A stretch of DNA of 64,000 nucleotides from an uncultured delta proteobacterium (GTDB lineage Bacteria; Myxococcota_A; Polyangia; Palsa-1104). The translations under genes were made by a program, and so were the position numbers. Below the pieces are notes generated by a model. It did no database searches. It saw nothing but the letters and a program-made list of their open reading frames with translations, and was not told where the DNA came from. Below, piece by piece: positions 1 to 9,773 of this stretch. The stretch lies in NCBI GenBank assembly GCA_963785725.1, contig CAWAWS010000002.1:64001-128000 (forward strand). Reading direction: 5' to 3'. Within the stretch, counting starts at the first letter, position 1. Every line of letters starts with the position of its first letter.

Positions 1-563
1 TTGGCGTCAGCCGCCTTTTTAAGCCACTGAAGCGCTAGCCGCTCATTCCGACGCACGCCTATCCCTCGGTGATAACAGATCGCAACGTTGTATTCAGCCT
101 CAGGATGACCTTCTATCGCAGCACGTCGATACCAGTGGAAAGCCTTTTTTAAATCCACATCGCGACCAATGCCATACTCGAAGCAGCGGCCTATCGCCGT
201 CGCACTGACACAGTCCCCACCGCGAGCCCCCGCTAAGTAGAAGTCCGCGGCTCGCTTCAGATTCTTCTTCCTGCCCTTCCCTCGTTCGTAACAAACGGCC
301 AAGTCATGATTGGCGTCTGCTAGACCGGACTTCGCTGCCTTGGCGAAAAGGTCCGCCGCGATACGGAAGTTGCGCCTCACACCCAACCCGTGAGCGTACC
401 AGTTGCCGAGTGCATAATTCGATTCGGCAATCCCAGCACGCGCAGACTGCCGCAACAGCAGTAATGCTTCGTGAATATCCTCCTTCGTTCGCTCAGTCTT
501 CGCCGCAAGCAGCTTCGCGCTTTGCAACATTGCTAACGCGTCTTTTCGCGTTATCTTTTTCAC
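1..563 (-). CDS. Sel1-like repeat (SLR) protein, 3'-truncated by window edge; candidate immunity protein of the RHS toxin
   Basis: Not in ORF track (no stop in window). Hand translation from GTG at 563: MKKITRKDALAML...AESNYALGNWYAHGLGVRRNFRIAADLFAKAAKSGLADANHDLAVCYERGKGRKKNLKRAADFYLAGARGG...IGRCFEYGIGRDVDLKKAFHWYRRAAIEGHPEAEYNVAICYHRGIGVRRNERLALQWLKKAADA, i.e. four Sel1 repeats; starts 10 bp after the RHS stop. Confidence 0.9.
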   Translation of the reverse strand, partial: MKKITRKDALAMLQSAKLLAAKTERTKEDIHEALLLLRQSARAGIAESNYALGNWYAHGLGVRRNFRIAADLFAKAAKSGLADANHDLAVCYERGKGRKKNLKRAADFYLAGARGGDCVSATAIGRCFEYGIGRDVDLKKAFHWYRRAAIEGHPEAEYNVAICYHRGIGVRRNERLALQWLKKAADA

Positions 564-572
564 AGATACTCT

Positions 573-3500
573 CTAATCATCGTCTCGCGGAGGCCATGGA
601 CCTTTGTAGTTGTCCGGCTTTCGGCGCGAGTACCCTCTGTTTGCGTCACCCTTCTCACCACCCCGATCACGGTTTTTTCTGGCCTGCCCTTTCTCGTGTT
701 TTCCGAGCGTCGACGGCCGTTTGTTCTTCAAATGCTCCGCGCACGATATTGCCGGCATTTCCGTTGGATCGCCAAATATCGAATCGAGCACGCCCTGGAT
801 TTTGTCACTGAAGGTTTCCTCGATAAGGTAACCGACACCGACGCCCACGACGCCGGAAACGAGCACAGCTCCCGCAGCCAGTATACCACCGCCAGCAGCC
901 CCAGCGGCGCCGCCTTCCAGCCCCGTGCCCACGCTTACACTCGCGGCACCTTCTGCTGCTCCAGGGGCAATGACAATCGGCGGTGGCGGCGGCGGTGGCC
1001 CGGTTACGATAGTGACGCCGCCGAGACCGAACGTGCGTCCAGATGAGTCAATCCAATTCAACGGATCTCCGGCGACGTAGGCACTCAGGTTCGTATCGCC
1101 GCCACCAAATCGCCTTGCATCCTTGGAGAGCCAAGTGCCAGTCGAGCCATCGTAATCACGCGCCCCGAAATGAGTGAGGCCGCAATCCGGGTCAGACATT
1201 CCGCCGGCGAAGCCAAACGCAACTATGGGAGCCGAGCTACTCGACGTGTAGTTTCCAAACGAATCCGCATAGTCAGTGCGCTGTGTGATCGTCCCGTCCT
1301 GAGTGTTGACTAGCAGGCGGACACTGCCCAACTGGTCGGTGACGACGCGATATGTAACGCTGTCCTGGATGACATAGTCGGGAACATTGGGCCGCGTGCC
1401 GTAGACGAAGCGGCTCGTGATGTTGTTGTTGGCGTCGAGCTCGGCCACGATGCGCAGCTGATCGCCGTAGAGCCAGTGGCGTTCGTCGAGCAGCGTCGCC
1501 GGCGACGTCCCCGTGTTCCACTTCTTGCGGCCGATGCGCCGCTGCTGGGCGTCGTAGAGGTACTCGATGCGCGTGTTCTGCCAGCTGACCGCGACCAGGT
1601 TGCCATAGCCGTCCCAGTCGTAGGTCGTCGTCACGCCGCCGGCGACCTTGGTGCGTCGCTGACCTTGCAGCGTATACGTGTACGTCGCGTCGCCGTAGGT
1701 CTGCAGGCGATCTTGCGCGTCGACTTGCATGTTGTTCACCGTGGCGCCGTTTACCGTCGCCGACGTGCGGTTGCCGTTCGGATCGAGCTCGTAGTCTTCG
1801 AGAACGGCGCTGGTGTTGCCGTCGAGCACCTGCCACAAGCGACCGCCAGAGTCGTAGACGTAGTCGCGCACGCTCACGTCGAGAGCGCCACTGCCGGCAT
1901 TGAAGATGCTCTCAGTCTTACGCCGTACGCGGCCCAGGTTGTCGCGCGGCTTGGACTTTGTCGTCGCCCAGTCGTCGTAGGTGACTTGGTAAACGACGTT
2001 GCCCGCCGCGTTCACTGTGTACGTCGCCAGCTCGCCATACTGATTGTAGGTGCGCGCATCGCTGACTTCCCCGAGCGTCGTCGACGTAAGCGCGCCGTTG
2101 ACAGGGTCCGGCGACAGCGTCAGGTCACCCGCCGCCGTCAAGAGGCTATCGCCGTCGTAGGCATAGGTGATGGTGTTGCCGCCGTTGACGCTCTCCGTCA
2201 GGAGACGATGGTCGGAATCGAGCGAACGCGACACCGAGCCCGTCACCGCGCCGCCGCTCCAGCTCTCCGAAAGCGGCGTGGCTCCGGTAGGTCCATAACC
2301 GTAAGCGAGCGTCACTCCCGCCTGGTCGACGACCGTTAGTAAGCGGCCGTAACCCGGATTGGCGGGCGTTCCATTCGAACCCGCCGTGCCCTTCTCGTAC
2401 GTCAGAGTGAAGCTACGCGACGGGTGGCTCAGTGTGCTCAGCCGCCCACGCGAATCGTAATTCGCCGCAACCGGCAGGTCGCCCGGCTGCGCGACCCACG
2501 ACAGGCGGCGGTCGACGTCATACTGATAAGCAGTGATGGTCTGCTCGGGCACGGGCGGTGGCTGATACAGCGCGACCCGGTTCAAGCCGTCGCGCGGCAT
2601 GAGGTGCGCCGTTTTCCCAGGCGGCGTGACGCTATTGACGTTGCCGGCGCCATCGCGCCCCAAGCCAAGAATGCGTGCGCCCGGCAGCGTACTCTGCAAG
2701 AGACGTCCCGCGCCGTCATAGCGATCGTAAGTGACGACGTGTGTGTCATCGTCCGCGGTCAACGAGCTCAGCGTCAAAGACTGCGGCCGACCGCTGCTGC
2801 CGTCAGTCGACTGCGGATAGTAGGACAGCACGAGGCTGCGATCGCCGCGCGTGACCGACTTCAGTCGGCCATCGTCGTCGTAGTTGTAGGCGACGGGAAA
2901 GAACGCAGTAGGTCGCGAATCGACTATGCCAACCGAGGTGAGCCTACCTAGCGTGTTGTATCCGAGCTGAGTCTGCCGAGCCTCCGGCGTGGTGACAGTC
3001 TCGAGCGGTGCAAATGCGCCATTGGGGCAGCGATCGTACTGAGTTGTGTAGGTTCGCCCATTGACGGTGTATTGGTCGTTCTCGGTCCGAAGAATCGTGA
3101 GCGTGGAGCCGTCGCAGGCGACCGGCGCGCCGCAGTCGCTCGCTGCACAAGTGGCAGTCTGAACGGTGCCCGACATCGAGGTCACGGAGTCGCTCGTGCT
3201 AGTGGACGCGCACGCCGAGTCGAGCTGCGCGCCGAAGCGCGGATCATTGCAAGGCTGCGTCGAAGCGATGCTGCCGTCGATCTCCGAGTAAGAGCGGTTG
3301 CCCGAGTTAGCCAGCGTCATCGTCGACACCAGGCGATCGATATCGCCGTCGTCGCTTTGGAAGCGGTCGGTCAGAGTCACGTCACCGCCGCTCGTCGTCA
3401 CTTCGTGCTCGGCGGGCGTATTTCCCGCTGTCGTCACGCGGACGAGCGCCCGGCTCGGGTCGGCCGTGAAGGTTTGCGTGCCACCGCCCGGATCGGCGTC

Positions 3501-6500
3501 GTGCACCAGACGACCGAGGCCGTCGGCGGTGAAGACGTGCGTGTTGCCGCGCGGGTCGGTCTCGCTCGACATCCAGCCAGCCGTAGTGAAGCCGAAGCCG
3601 GTCGACTCGCCGGCTGAATTGTTGACGACCGAGCCGTAGCCATCACTGTCGGGAATGATAGTGGTCCTGTCACCATAAGGCCCAGTGACAACAATCTGCC
3701 CGCCGGAGCGGTCAATCTCGGTCAAAAGCGGAGCGCCGGTGGTCGAATTGAACTGCTGGATCTCCGTGAGCAGACCGTTTACGTGCACGAAGCCGAGGCG
3801 CGGCGCTCCCGTCAAAGCGTCGAGCGTCTGCTGGTGAACGCCGTTGATATCGAAGATGTAAATCTCGCTGCCTTCTTCGGAGGCCACGTATACGGCCTGA
3901 TTCACGGTACTCGGCCGCGGCGTCGTAATGTGGCGTAGACCGGTCTTCGAATTCTGTCCCAAATCCAAGAACTGGATGTCTCCTAACGGACCTTCGGCGA
4001 GTCCCGAAATTCCACCGATGGTGAGGCCCAAGGCCGTGCCCCCATCGCCGCTCGTCGTTCCGTAGAGCTGACCACCCACTGTTTCAAAGGTTCCATCGGG
4101 CCGAATCCGGCGCAGCTTATAGCCGACCTCCTGGGTAAAGTAGATCGAGCCATCGCGAGTGGGTAGCAGCCCAAAGCCAAAGATGGTGTCGATCACCGCG
4201 GCCGCAGCGACGCTGCCATCGGCGGAAGACGCACCATTGTTGACTCTGCTGGTGACATTGATGAGCGCGCCCTCAGGAGTAATTCGCTGAATCGATTGAA
4301 GGCCATTGGACACGAGTAGATAAATGCTGCCATCAGCGGCCCCAGCGACCAACACCACTGATAAGCCGCCGTCGGTCACGGTGTGTGGATTGACCGAGTC
4401 TGGTCCATAGATGGAGCTCATGGAGCCGTCGGCGGCGACCCGTGTGAGGCTGCTTCCATGTGCCGCATAGACGGAGCCGTCGATTCCAGCGCTGATGGAG
4501 CTGGCGTTGCAGATCATGTCGACCCAGCAAGTCGTCCCATTCGCGCTCGGATAGACGGTCACGATGCCAGTGGCGCTGCCGCCTGCCTGGGTTATGACGA
4601 TCTGATAGAGCACGCTACGGACTAAGAGGTACAGCTTGCCGTCATGGTCGGCGGTGAGCTGCCCATCGTAGCTTGGAACGTCGAAGTGAACGCCGTCCTT
4701 CGTGAGCGTGACCGGCGAGATCGTGCCGTATTGGTATTGCCAGAGAACAGTGTTGCCCGCCAAAGGACCGGTGAAATATGTGGCGCCTGACGGCCCTATT
4801 GCGATTCCACTGAGGGCAGCAGTTCCGAATGTCGTCAGCTTTTGATTGGGTCCGCCCGCCAAAGTGTCGATGGTCCATGGCGACTTGGCGTCGGCATGCT
4901 GAGCGCGCCCGCCGCCCGGATAGAGCACATTGCGCTGAATGTCGTAGTGGTGGTAGGCGTCGAGCGTCCAACCGCCGAGACCGACGCTGCGCGCATCATA
5001 CGCGGCCAGCCACGTCGGATACCATTTAGTCCATAGCGTCAGGGTCTGTCGCGTCGCGACGACGTCGGATGTCCCGGCCCGGGTGATGAGCCCATTGCCG
5101 TTATAGCCGAACTGAGAAGTCGTCCCGTAGACCGCGGCGTAGACATAGCCCCAACGGACTTCTGCTTGGAATTCTCCCGACAGTGGACGACCATAAGGAT
5201 CGAGCCCGTCCCAAGTGATAGTAGCGGTGTTGGTCGTCAGATCGATCTGGCTTAGTGGAAGCGTCTGGCTGATAAGCCGTCCAGCGACTTGGACCTGAAC
5301 ATCCAAAGCCAGCATGGTGCTGGGAAAAGTCGACGGACTAAGCGGAATAGTTACCGTGCGTCGCGCGGAGTAAGCCAGCTGTCTGTCGCTGCGATACGAC
5401 AGACCAAAGGGCGTGCCGGGGATCGGCAGCGACTCTCCAAGTGTCTGCGCTTGGCATTCAATGATGGATCCCGCTCGACAAGTCTGGTCATCGGGACTGC
5501 TCAGTACCGCCGGGTTTTCGTCTGGCGGGAAGCAGCTACTGGGATCGGGCGCCGTGCAGTCGGGAACTTGGCTTTGATTGATATCGTAGTCGGAGAAATG
5601 CGGAACGACGACGCGCATGAAGTCGCGATTGACTGCATTGGGATACAGCGCGCCCAAGATCTGCAGCTCTCCTGGCGAGAAATGGTCGTTGTGCGCAGCG
5701 CCGTCGCCGGTGTCGTCGACGGAGGCCACCCCACCGTTGACGGAGAGAATGCGTACGACCGTGCCCGAAGGATGTGCCGTCCAGAAGGCGCTTGCTTCGT
5801 CATAGCCACCGAGCGGCGCCGTCGTACCGACCGAAAACTGTAAGAAGTTGTCTACGTATAGCGGTACGGAGATAGCATTGCCGCTGGCATCGACGAATGT
5901 AGTCGAGGACGGCGTTTCCGTCACGCCGCTGGACGGCTCGACGAAGAAGTTGGCCGCGAAGGTGTAAGCGCTGGTCGGCGGCAGCGTGGACGGCATGGCA
6001 TCCAGATCGCCGTCGCCCTTCGTGTACTCCGTGATGCGAATCGAAGGCTGCGTCAGATCGACCGATCCCGTCGAGTACTGCTGGCGAATGCGGCTGCCCG
6101 GCGGGAACAAGACCGTGATTTGCCGTGCCGAGGAGCCGCTGCCGACGACTTCGCTCTGCACAGCATGATATTGAGTGGCGTCCGTCAGGTCGACTTGCTG
6201 TGCGGCGCCATAAGGAACGAGCGTGATATCGGCCGTCTTCGTGTAGTCCAGCGGACGAACGAAGACCTCGCGAAACACGGACGGATGGTTGATTGCGTCG
6301 ACGCGTACGACCAGCGACTGTCCGCCGTTGACCGCCAGGTCGAACTCGCCGTTGTCGCGCGTCAACGTCTGTCCGTACTCGGGATGATTGCGAACGCTGA
6401 CCGTAGCACCGGCCAAAGGAGCGCCGGCGCGGCTGACAGTCCCGCGCACCACGGCGCCGCGATCGACGCGAATGGTGCTCGGGTCGATCGCACTGCCGTC

Positions 6501-8327
6501 GGCCATCCGCTGCGTGCCGCCTTCGTACACGAAGCGCGTGACGTCGACGAACGAGGAAGACAGACCGGGCGGAATGGCAGTCGGCGTAAACGACGGTACG
6601 TTGGCGCAGCTGCCAATCGGGGCCAGCGTGCACGTGCCCATGTGGTTGGCCATGGCGCAGCTGCCGCAGCCGGTGGGAGCGTGATCGGCGACCGAGTCAT
6701 CCACCGTCGTGCAATCGGAGTTGCAGCAGACTCCGTCTGTGCAAAAGCCGGTACCGCATTGCGACGGGGAAGTGCAAGGGCTGCCCTGCGCGCTCTGCGG
6801 CTGACACACACCGCCATTGCAATAGAAGCCGTTGGCGCACTGTGCGTCACTCGAGCACGACGACGTGCAGGTGGCGGCGCCGCTGCACAAATAGCCGTCA
6901 GCGCAGCTCGACCGTTCCGGCGCTCCCACCGGTGCAGTCATACAAGTACCGAAAGAGCTCGGCAGGTCGCAGCGCTCGCAGCCGTTGGCGCAGGCGCGGT
7001 CGCAGCATAGTCCGTCGGCGGCGAAGCCGGACGCACACGCCGTCGTGGAGCCGGCGGCGCCATTGGTCAACAGTGGCGTGCATGCATTGCCGACTGAGCA
7101 GAAGTAGCCGGTCGGGCAATCGGTGGTGTTACTGCAATGGTCAGGTATACACACTGTTCCACCGACGCAGACCTGGCCGGTGGCGCAGCCGACGCAAGCG
7201 CCCGTCGAGTCGCACGTCTGGCACGGACCGGTGCACGCCGTCGTGCAGAAGCTCGAAGTGCAGCTTCCGCCCGTGCACTGTTGGCTGAAAGTCCCCAAGA
7301 GCGCGGCGCTCCAACTGGGCGGCGTGCTCCCACTCGTCATAGGGGCGGTCAGCTGCCAGACCTCCCCGTTGGCGAGCGCCACGACGCGCATCGGACCGTC
7401 GCCGAAGTAAGAGCTGACCGACGTCGGCGCGGCGGCGAAGCTCCAGTCGAGAAACGGCGGCAAGGCGCTCGAGGGATTGGCGCCGTAGTCGAGGAGCTGG
7501 CTCTGCGTGTTGACGAAGCCGCCCTCGAGCGCGGCGCTGAGCTCGTCGCTGTTTCCGCCCGGCCACCGATTGTTGATGGAGTAGCTGACCAACGATTGCG
7601 TCGCGCCGCCGTTCGGAAAATGCGTGGCCCAGAATTGGCTGTCGCTTGGAATGATGTCAAAGGCCGAGTCGAGATCGACGATGGTCGACGCCGGCCACAG
7701 AGCTTGTTGCAACGTATTCGTCGTCGCCAAGACAACGCAGTTGGAGTCGGCGCCGCCGGCGTTTAGATACTGGCCGGCGACATCCACTGCGGGACCGCCC
7801 GGATCGGTATCGGGCTGTATCAGCACTAACGCCGGCTCGGCGCCGTTCTGCGACACCTCGACGACTGACCCGGTCGGCTGGCGCGACATGATGGCAATGT
7901 TCTGCTTGCCATAGGGATCGCCCCAGGCAGAGAGCGCCTGCACTGGACCAAAGTCGGAGGAGACCGTGAGAATCTTGCTCTGCGTGGCGGCGCCGGCTGT
8001 ATACGCGAGGTCCCACACGTCACCGTCGGCGGCGCCGACGATGGCGTGATTGACGCCGTCGGCGCTTTGATACCCGCTGACCGCGACGAGGTTGGCAATC
8101 GTGGCCAGCGTGCGCTTGCCCGTAGGTCCGATGTCTGCCACTTCGCCCGTCGTCAGACCGACGACCACGTCGTTGGCGTTGATGGCGGCCACCGCGCGCG
8201 GACCGGCGATGATGTCGCTGCCCGAGCCTGCGGTAGCCGGCGTAAGCGAGTGGCCGTTGGCGCTTATGACTGCAGTCGGAACGCCGAGCAGCACCACCAC
8301 AGCCAGTAAGCGGATCGCAAATCTCAT
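573..8327 (-). CDS. Teneurin-like RHS/YD-repeat polymorphic toxin, 2584 aa, secreted
   Basis: Signal peptide; Cys-rich CxDGVCC repeats; carboxypeptidase-regulatory/TTR-like domain (VRGTV...LAGATVSV...GQTLTRDNGEFDLAVNGG); plug-like segment (GSIIECQAQTLGESLPIPGTPFGLSYRSDR); NHL-like propeller; YD repeats; RHS core (FGFAGG...THFGARDYD...YVAGDPLNWIDSSG); variable C-terminus. Confidence 0.93.
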   Translation of the reverse strand: MRFAIRLLAVVVLLGVPTAVISANGHSLTPATAGSGSDIIAGPRAVAAINANDVVVGLTTGEVADIGPTGKRTLATIANLVAVSGYQSADGVNHAIVGAADGDVWDLAYTAGAATQSKILTVSSDFGPVQALSAWGDPYGKQNIAIMSRQPTGSVVEVSQNGAEPALVLIQPDTDPGGPAVDVAGQYLNAGGADSNCVVLATTNTLQQALWPASTIVDLDSAFDIIPSDSQFWATHFPNGGATQSLVSYSINNRWPGGNSDELSAALEGGFVNTQSQLLDYGANPSSALPPFLDWSFAAAPTSVSSYFGDGPMRVVALANGEVWQLTAPMTSGSTPPSWSAALLGTFSQQCTGGSCTSSFCTTACTGPCQTCDSTGACVGCATGQVCVGGTVCIPDHCSNTTDCPTGYFCSVGNACTPLLTNGAAGSTTACASGFAADGLCCDRACANGCERCDLPSSFGTCMTAPVGAPERSSCADGYLCSGAATCTSSCSSDAQCANGFYCNGGVCQPQSAQGSPCTSPSQCGTGFCTDGVCCNSDCTTVDDSVADHAPTGCGSCAMANHMGTCTLAPIGSCANVPSFTPTAIPPGLSSSFVDVTRFVYEGGTQRMADGSAIDPSTIRVDRGAVVRGTVSRAGAPLAGATVSVRNHPEYGQTLTRDNGEFDLAVNGGQSLVVRVDAINHPSVFREVFVRPLDYTKTADITLVPYGAAQQVDLTDATQYHAVQSEVVGSGSSARQITVLFPPGSRIRQQYSTGSVDLTQPSIRITEYTKGDGDLDAMPSTLPPTSAYTFAANFFVEPSSGVTETPSSTTFVDASGNAISVPLYVDNFLQFSVGTTAPLGGYDEASAFWTAHPSGTVVRILSVNGGVASVDDTGDGAAHNDHFSPGELQILGALYPNAVNRDFMRVVVPHFSDYDINQSQVPDCTAPDPSSCFPPDENPAVLSSPDDQTCRAGSIIECQAQTLGESLPIPGTPFGLSYRSDRQLAYSARRTVTIPLSPSTFPSTMLALDVQVQVAGRLISQTLPLSQIDLTTNTATITWDGLDPYGRPLSGEFQAEVRWGYVYAAVYGTTSQFGYNGNGLITRAGTSDVVATRQTLTLWTKWYPTWLAAYDARSVGLGGWTLDAYHHYDIQRNVLYPGGGRAQHADAKSPWTIDTLAGGPNQKLTTFGTAALSGIAIGPSGATYFTGPLAGNTVLWQYQYGTISPVTLTKDGVHFDVPSYDGQLTADHDGKLYLLVRSVLYQIVITQAGGSATGIVTVYPSANGTTCWVDMICNASSISAGIDGSVYAAHGSSLTRVAADGSMSSIYGPDSVNPHTVTDGGLSVVLVAGAADGSIYLLVSNGLQSIQRITPEGALINVTSRVNNGASSADGSVAAAAVIDTIFGFGLLPTRDGSIYFTQEVGYKLRRIRPDGTFETVGGQLYGTTSGDGGTALGLTIGGISGLAEGPLGDIQFLDLGQNSKTGLRHITTPRPSTVNQAVYVASEEGSEIYIFDINGVHQQTLDALTGAPRLGFVHVNGLLTEIQQFNSTTGAPLLTEIDRSGGQIVVTGPYGDRTTIIPDSDGYGSVVNNSAGESTGFGFTTAGWMSSETDPRGNTHVFTADGLGRLVHDADPGGGTQTFTADPSRALVRVTTAGNTPAEHEVTTSGGDVTLTDRFQSDDGDIDRLVSTMTLANSGNRSYSEIDGSIASTQPCNDPRFGAQLDSACASTSTSDSVTSMSGTVQTATCAASDCGAPVACDGSTLTILRTENDQYTVNGRTYTTQYDRCPNGAFAPLETVTTPEARQTQLGYNTLGRLTSVGIVDSRPTAFFPVAYNYDDDGRLKSVTRGDRSLVLSYYPQSTDGSSGRPQSLTLSSLTADDDTHVVTYDRYDGAGRLLQSTLPGARILGLGRDGAGNVNSVTPPGKTAHLMPRDGLNRVALYQPPPVPEQTITAYQYDVDRRLSWVAQPGDLPVAANYDSRGRLSTLSHPSRSFTLTYEKGTAGSNGTPANPGYGRLLTVVDQAGVTLAYGYGPTGATPLSESWSGGAVTGSVSRSLDSDHRLLTESVNGGNTITYAYDGDSLLTAAGDLTLSPDPVNGALTSTTLGEVSDARTYNQYGELATYTVNAAGNVVYQVTYDDWATTKSKPRDNLGRVRRKTESIFNAGSGALDVSVRDYVYDSGGRLWQVLDGNTSAVLEDYELDPNGNRTSATVNGATVNNMQVDAQDRLQTYGDATYTYTLQGQRRTKVAGGVTTTYDWDGYGNLVAVSWQNTRIEYLYDAQQRRIGRKKWNTGTSPATLLDERHWLYGDQLRIVAELDANNNITSRFVYGTRPNVPDYVIQDSVTYRVVTDQLGSVRLLVNTQDGTITQRTDYADSFGNYTSSSSAPIVAFGFAGGMSDPDCGLTHFGARDYDGSTGTWLSKDARRFGGGDTNLSAYVAGDPLNWIDSSGRTFGLGGVTIVTGPPPPPPPIVIAPGAAEGAASVSVGTGLEGGAAGAAGGGILAAGAVLVSGVVGVGVGYLIEETFSDKIQGVLDSIFGDPTEMPAISCAEHLKNKRPSTLGKHEKGQARKNRDRGGEKGDANRGYSRRKPDNYKGPWPPRDDD

Positions 8328-8449
8328 CGTCGAATCTCCACGCGAGCGGACATTTGCGGACTAGTGACAGCGCAAAACGTCGCGTGTTCCTGATTTACAG
8401 GATCCCAATTTCGTATCGAGGCGATCGTGATCACCGCACAACGAGGTTT

Positions 8450-9667
8450 TCACGAAAGTCGCTCGTCGCACTCGTTCTCGACGATTGCTTTAGGGAGCGT
8501 GGATACGCGACCACCACAGCAGTCGAGGCAATCGGGCTGACGAGCTCGCGGCGAGGCGGCGACAGCAGCGTCTCGGGCGAAAGGCCGAGCTCCACTTGCA
8601 TGCGCGCCACGCGATCGCCGTCGATGACGTGCAGCCGCTCGCTTTGACCGAGCGCGATAGCCAGCGCCTCTTGCGTCGGCAGCGCGGGCCAGTCGTTCGT
8701 CCGCGTGTTGCGAGCGGTTCGCGAGCAGCAGCACGGCCACGGCCGGTCGCGGCCGCCTCCGCAACAGGCGCAGCGAGGTCGAGGGATCGCCGGGAAACAG
8801 CGCGCCGAACAGGCCGAGCAAGAGCGCGAGCACGAGCAGCGGCGGGACGCGAGCGTTCGCGCGTGCCATCCGCGTGCGCGGCGCGTCCGCGTCGAGCGTG
8901 ATGACGGCAGGCTGGCTCGGCGTCGTCGGCGCCGCGTCCAAGCGGGCGACGAGCGCGCGCAGCTCGGCCGCGCCCGCGTCGTCGCTGGGCGCCAGTCGTC
9001 GCAGCGCGTCCTCCGCGGCCGCGGTCGTGGCGTAGCGCGCGGCCGGATCGTGCGCCAACAGCGTGCGCGCGATGTCGTCCACGTCGGCGCCGAGCTCCGG
9101 CCGCAAGCGCGAAGGCGCCGCCACCGCGGACTCGCAGATTAGCCGGATGGTCTGCCACTCGTCGTCGCCAAGAAACAGCCGCTGGCCGGTGAGACACTCG
9201 TACAGGACGATGCCGAGCGAGAACTGATCGCTGCGGCTGTCGACCGCCATTCCGCGCGCCTGCTCCGGCGACATTTAGCGCAGCGTGCCTTGCGGAAGCA
9301 GGCCGTGCTCGTTCGTATCGATCGCGTCATCTGGCGGCGTCGGCGCGAGACTATGCGCGACGCCGAAGTCGAGCAGCTTCACCTCGCCCGCTTTCGACAG
9401 CATGACATTCGTCGGATTGACATCGCGGTGGACGAGCTGCAGCGGCTGCCCGGCGCCATCGGTGAGCGCGTGCGCGGAGCCGAGCGCGTCGGCGAGCCGC
9501 GCCGCGATGGCCAGCGCCAGCGACGGCGTCATTGGCGCGCCCGCATCCGCACAGCGCTGCAACAGCTCGCGCAAGGTCAAGCCATCGACGAATTCCAGCG
9601 CCAGGAAATATTCGCCGTCGACTTGCGCGAGCTCGTGGACGCGAACGATCGAAGGATGATGCAGCTG
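8450..9667 (-). pseudogene. Degenerate Hanks-type Ser/Thr protein kinase
   Basis: HPSIVRVHE, HRDVNPTNVM, KLLDFG, GTLR*MSPEQ (TAA at 9275-9277 where Tyr is expected), DQFSLG; no GxGxxG/VAxK N-lobe upstream of ~9667; apparent frameshift near 8690 in the post-TM region. Confidence 0.85.
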
Positions 9668-9773
9668 AAGGGTCCACCTCACGCATCGGACGGGCTGGCG
9701 TCCATCCGCATCTGAGGCATGCGTGAGGCGAACCGAGGCCAGTTGAGGATGCTCGGGGACCGCCGCAGGAAAA

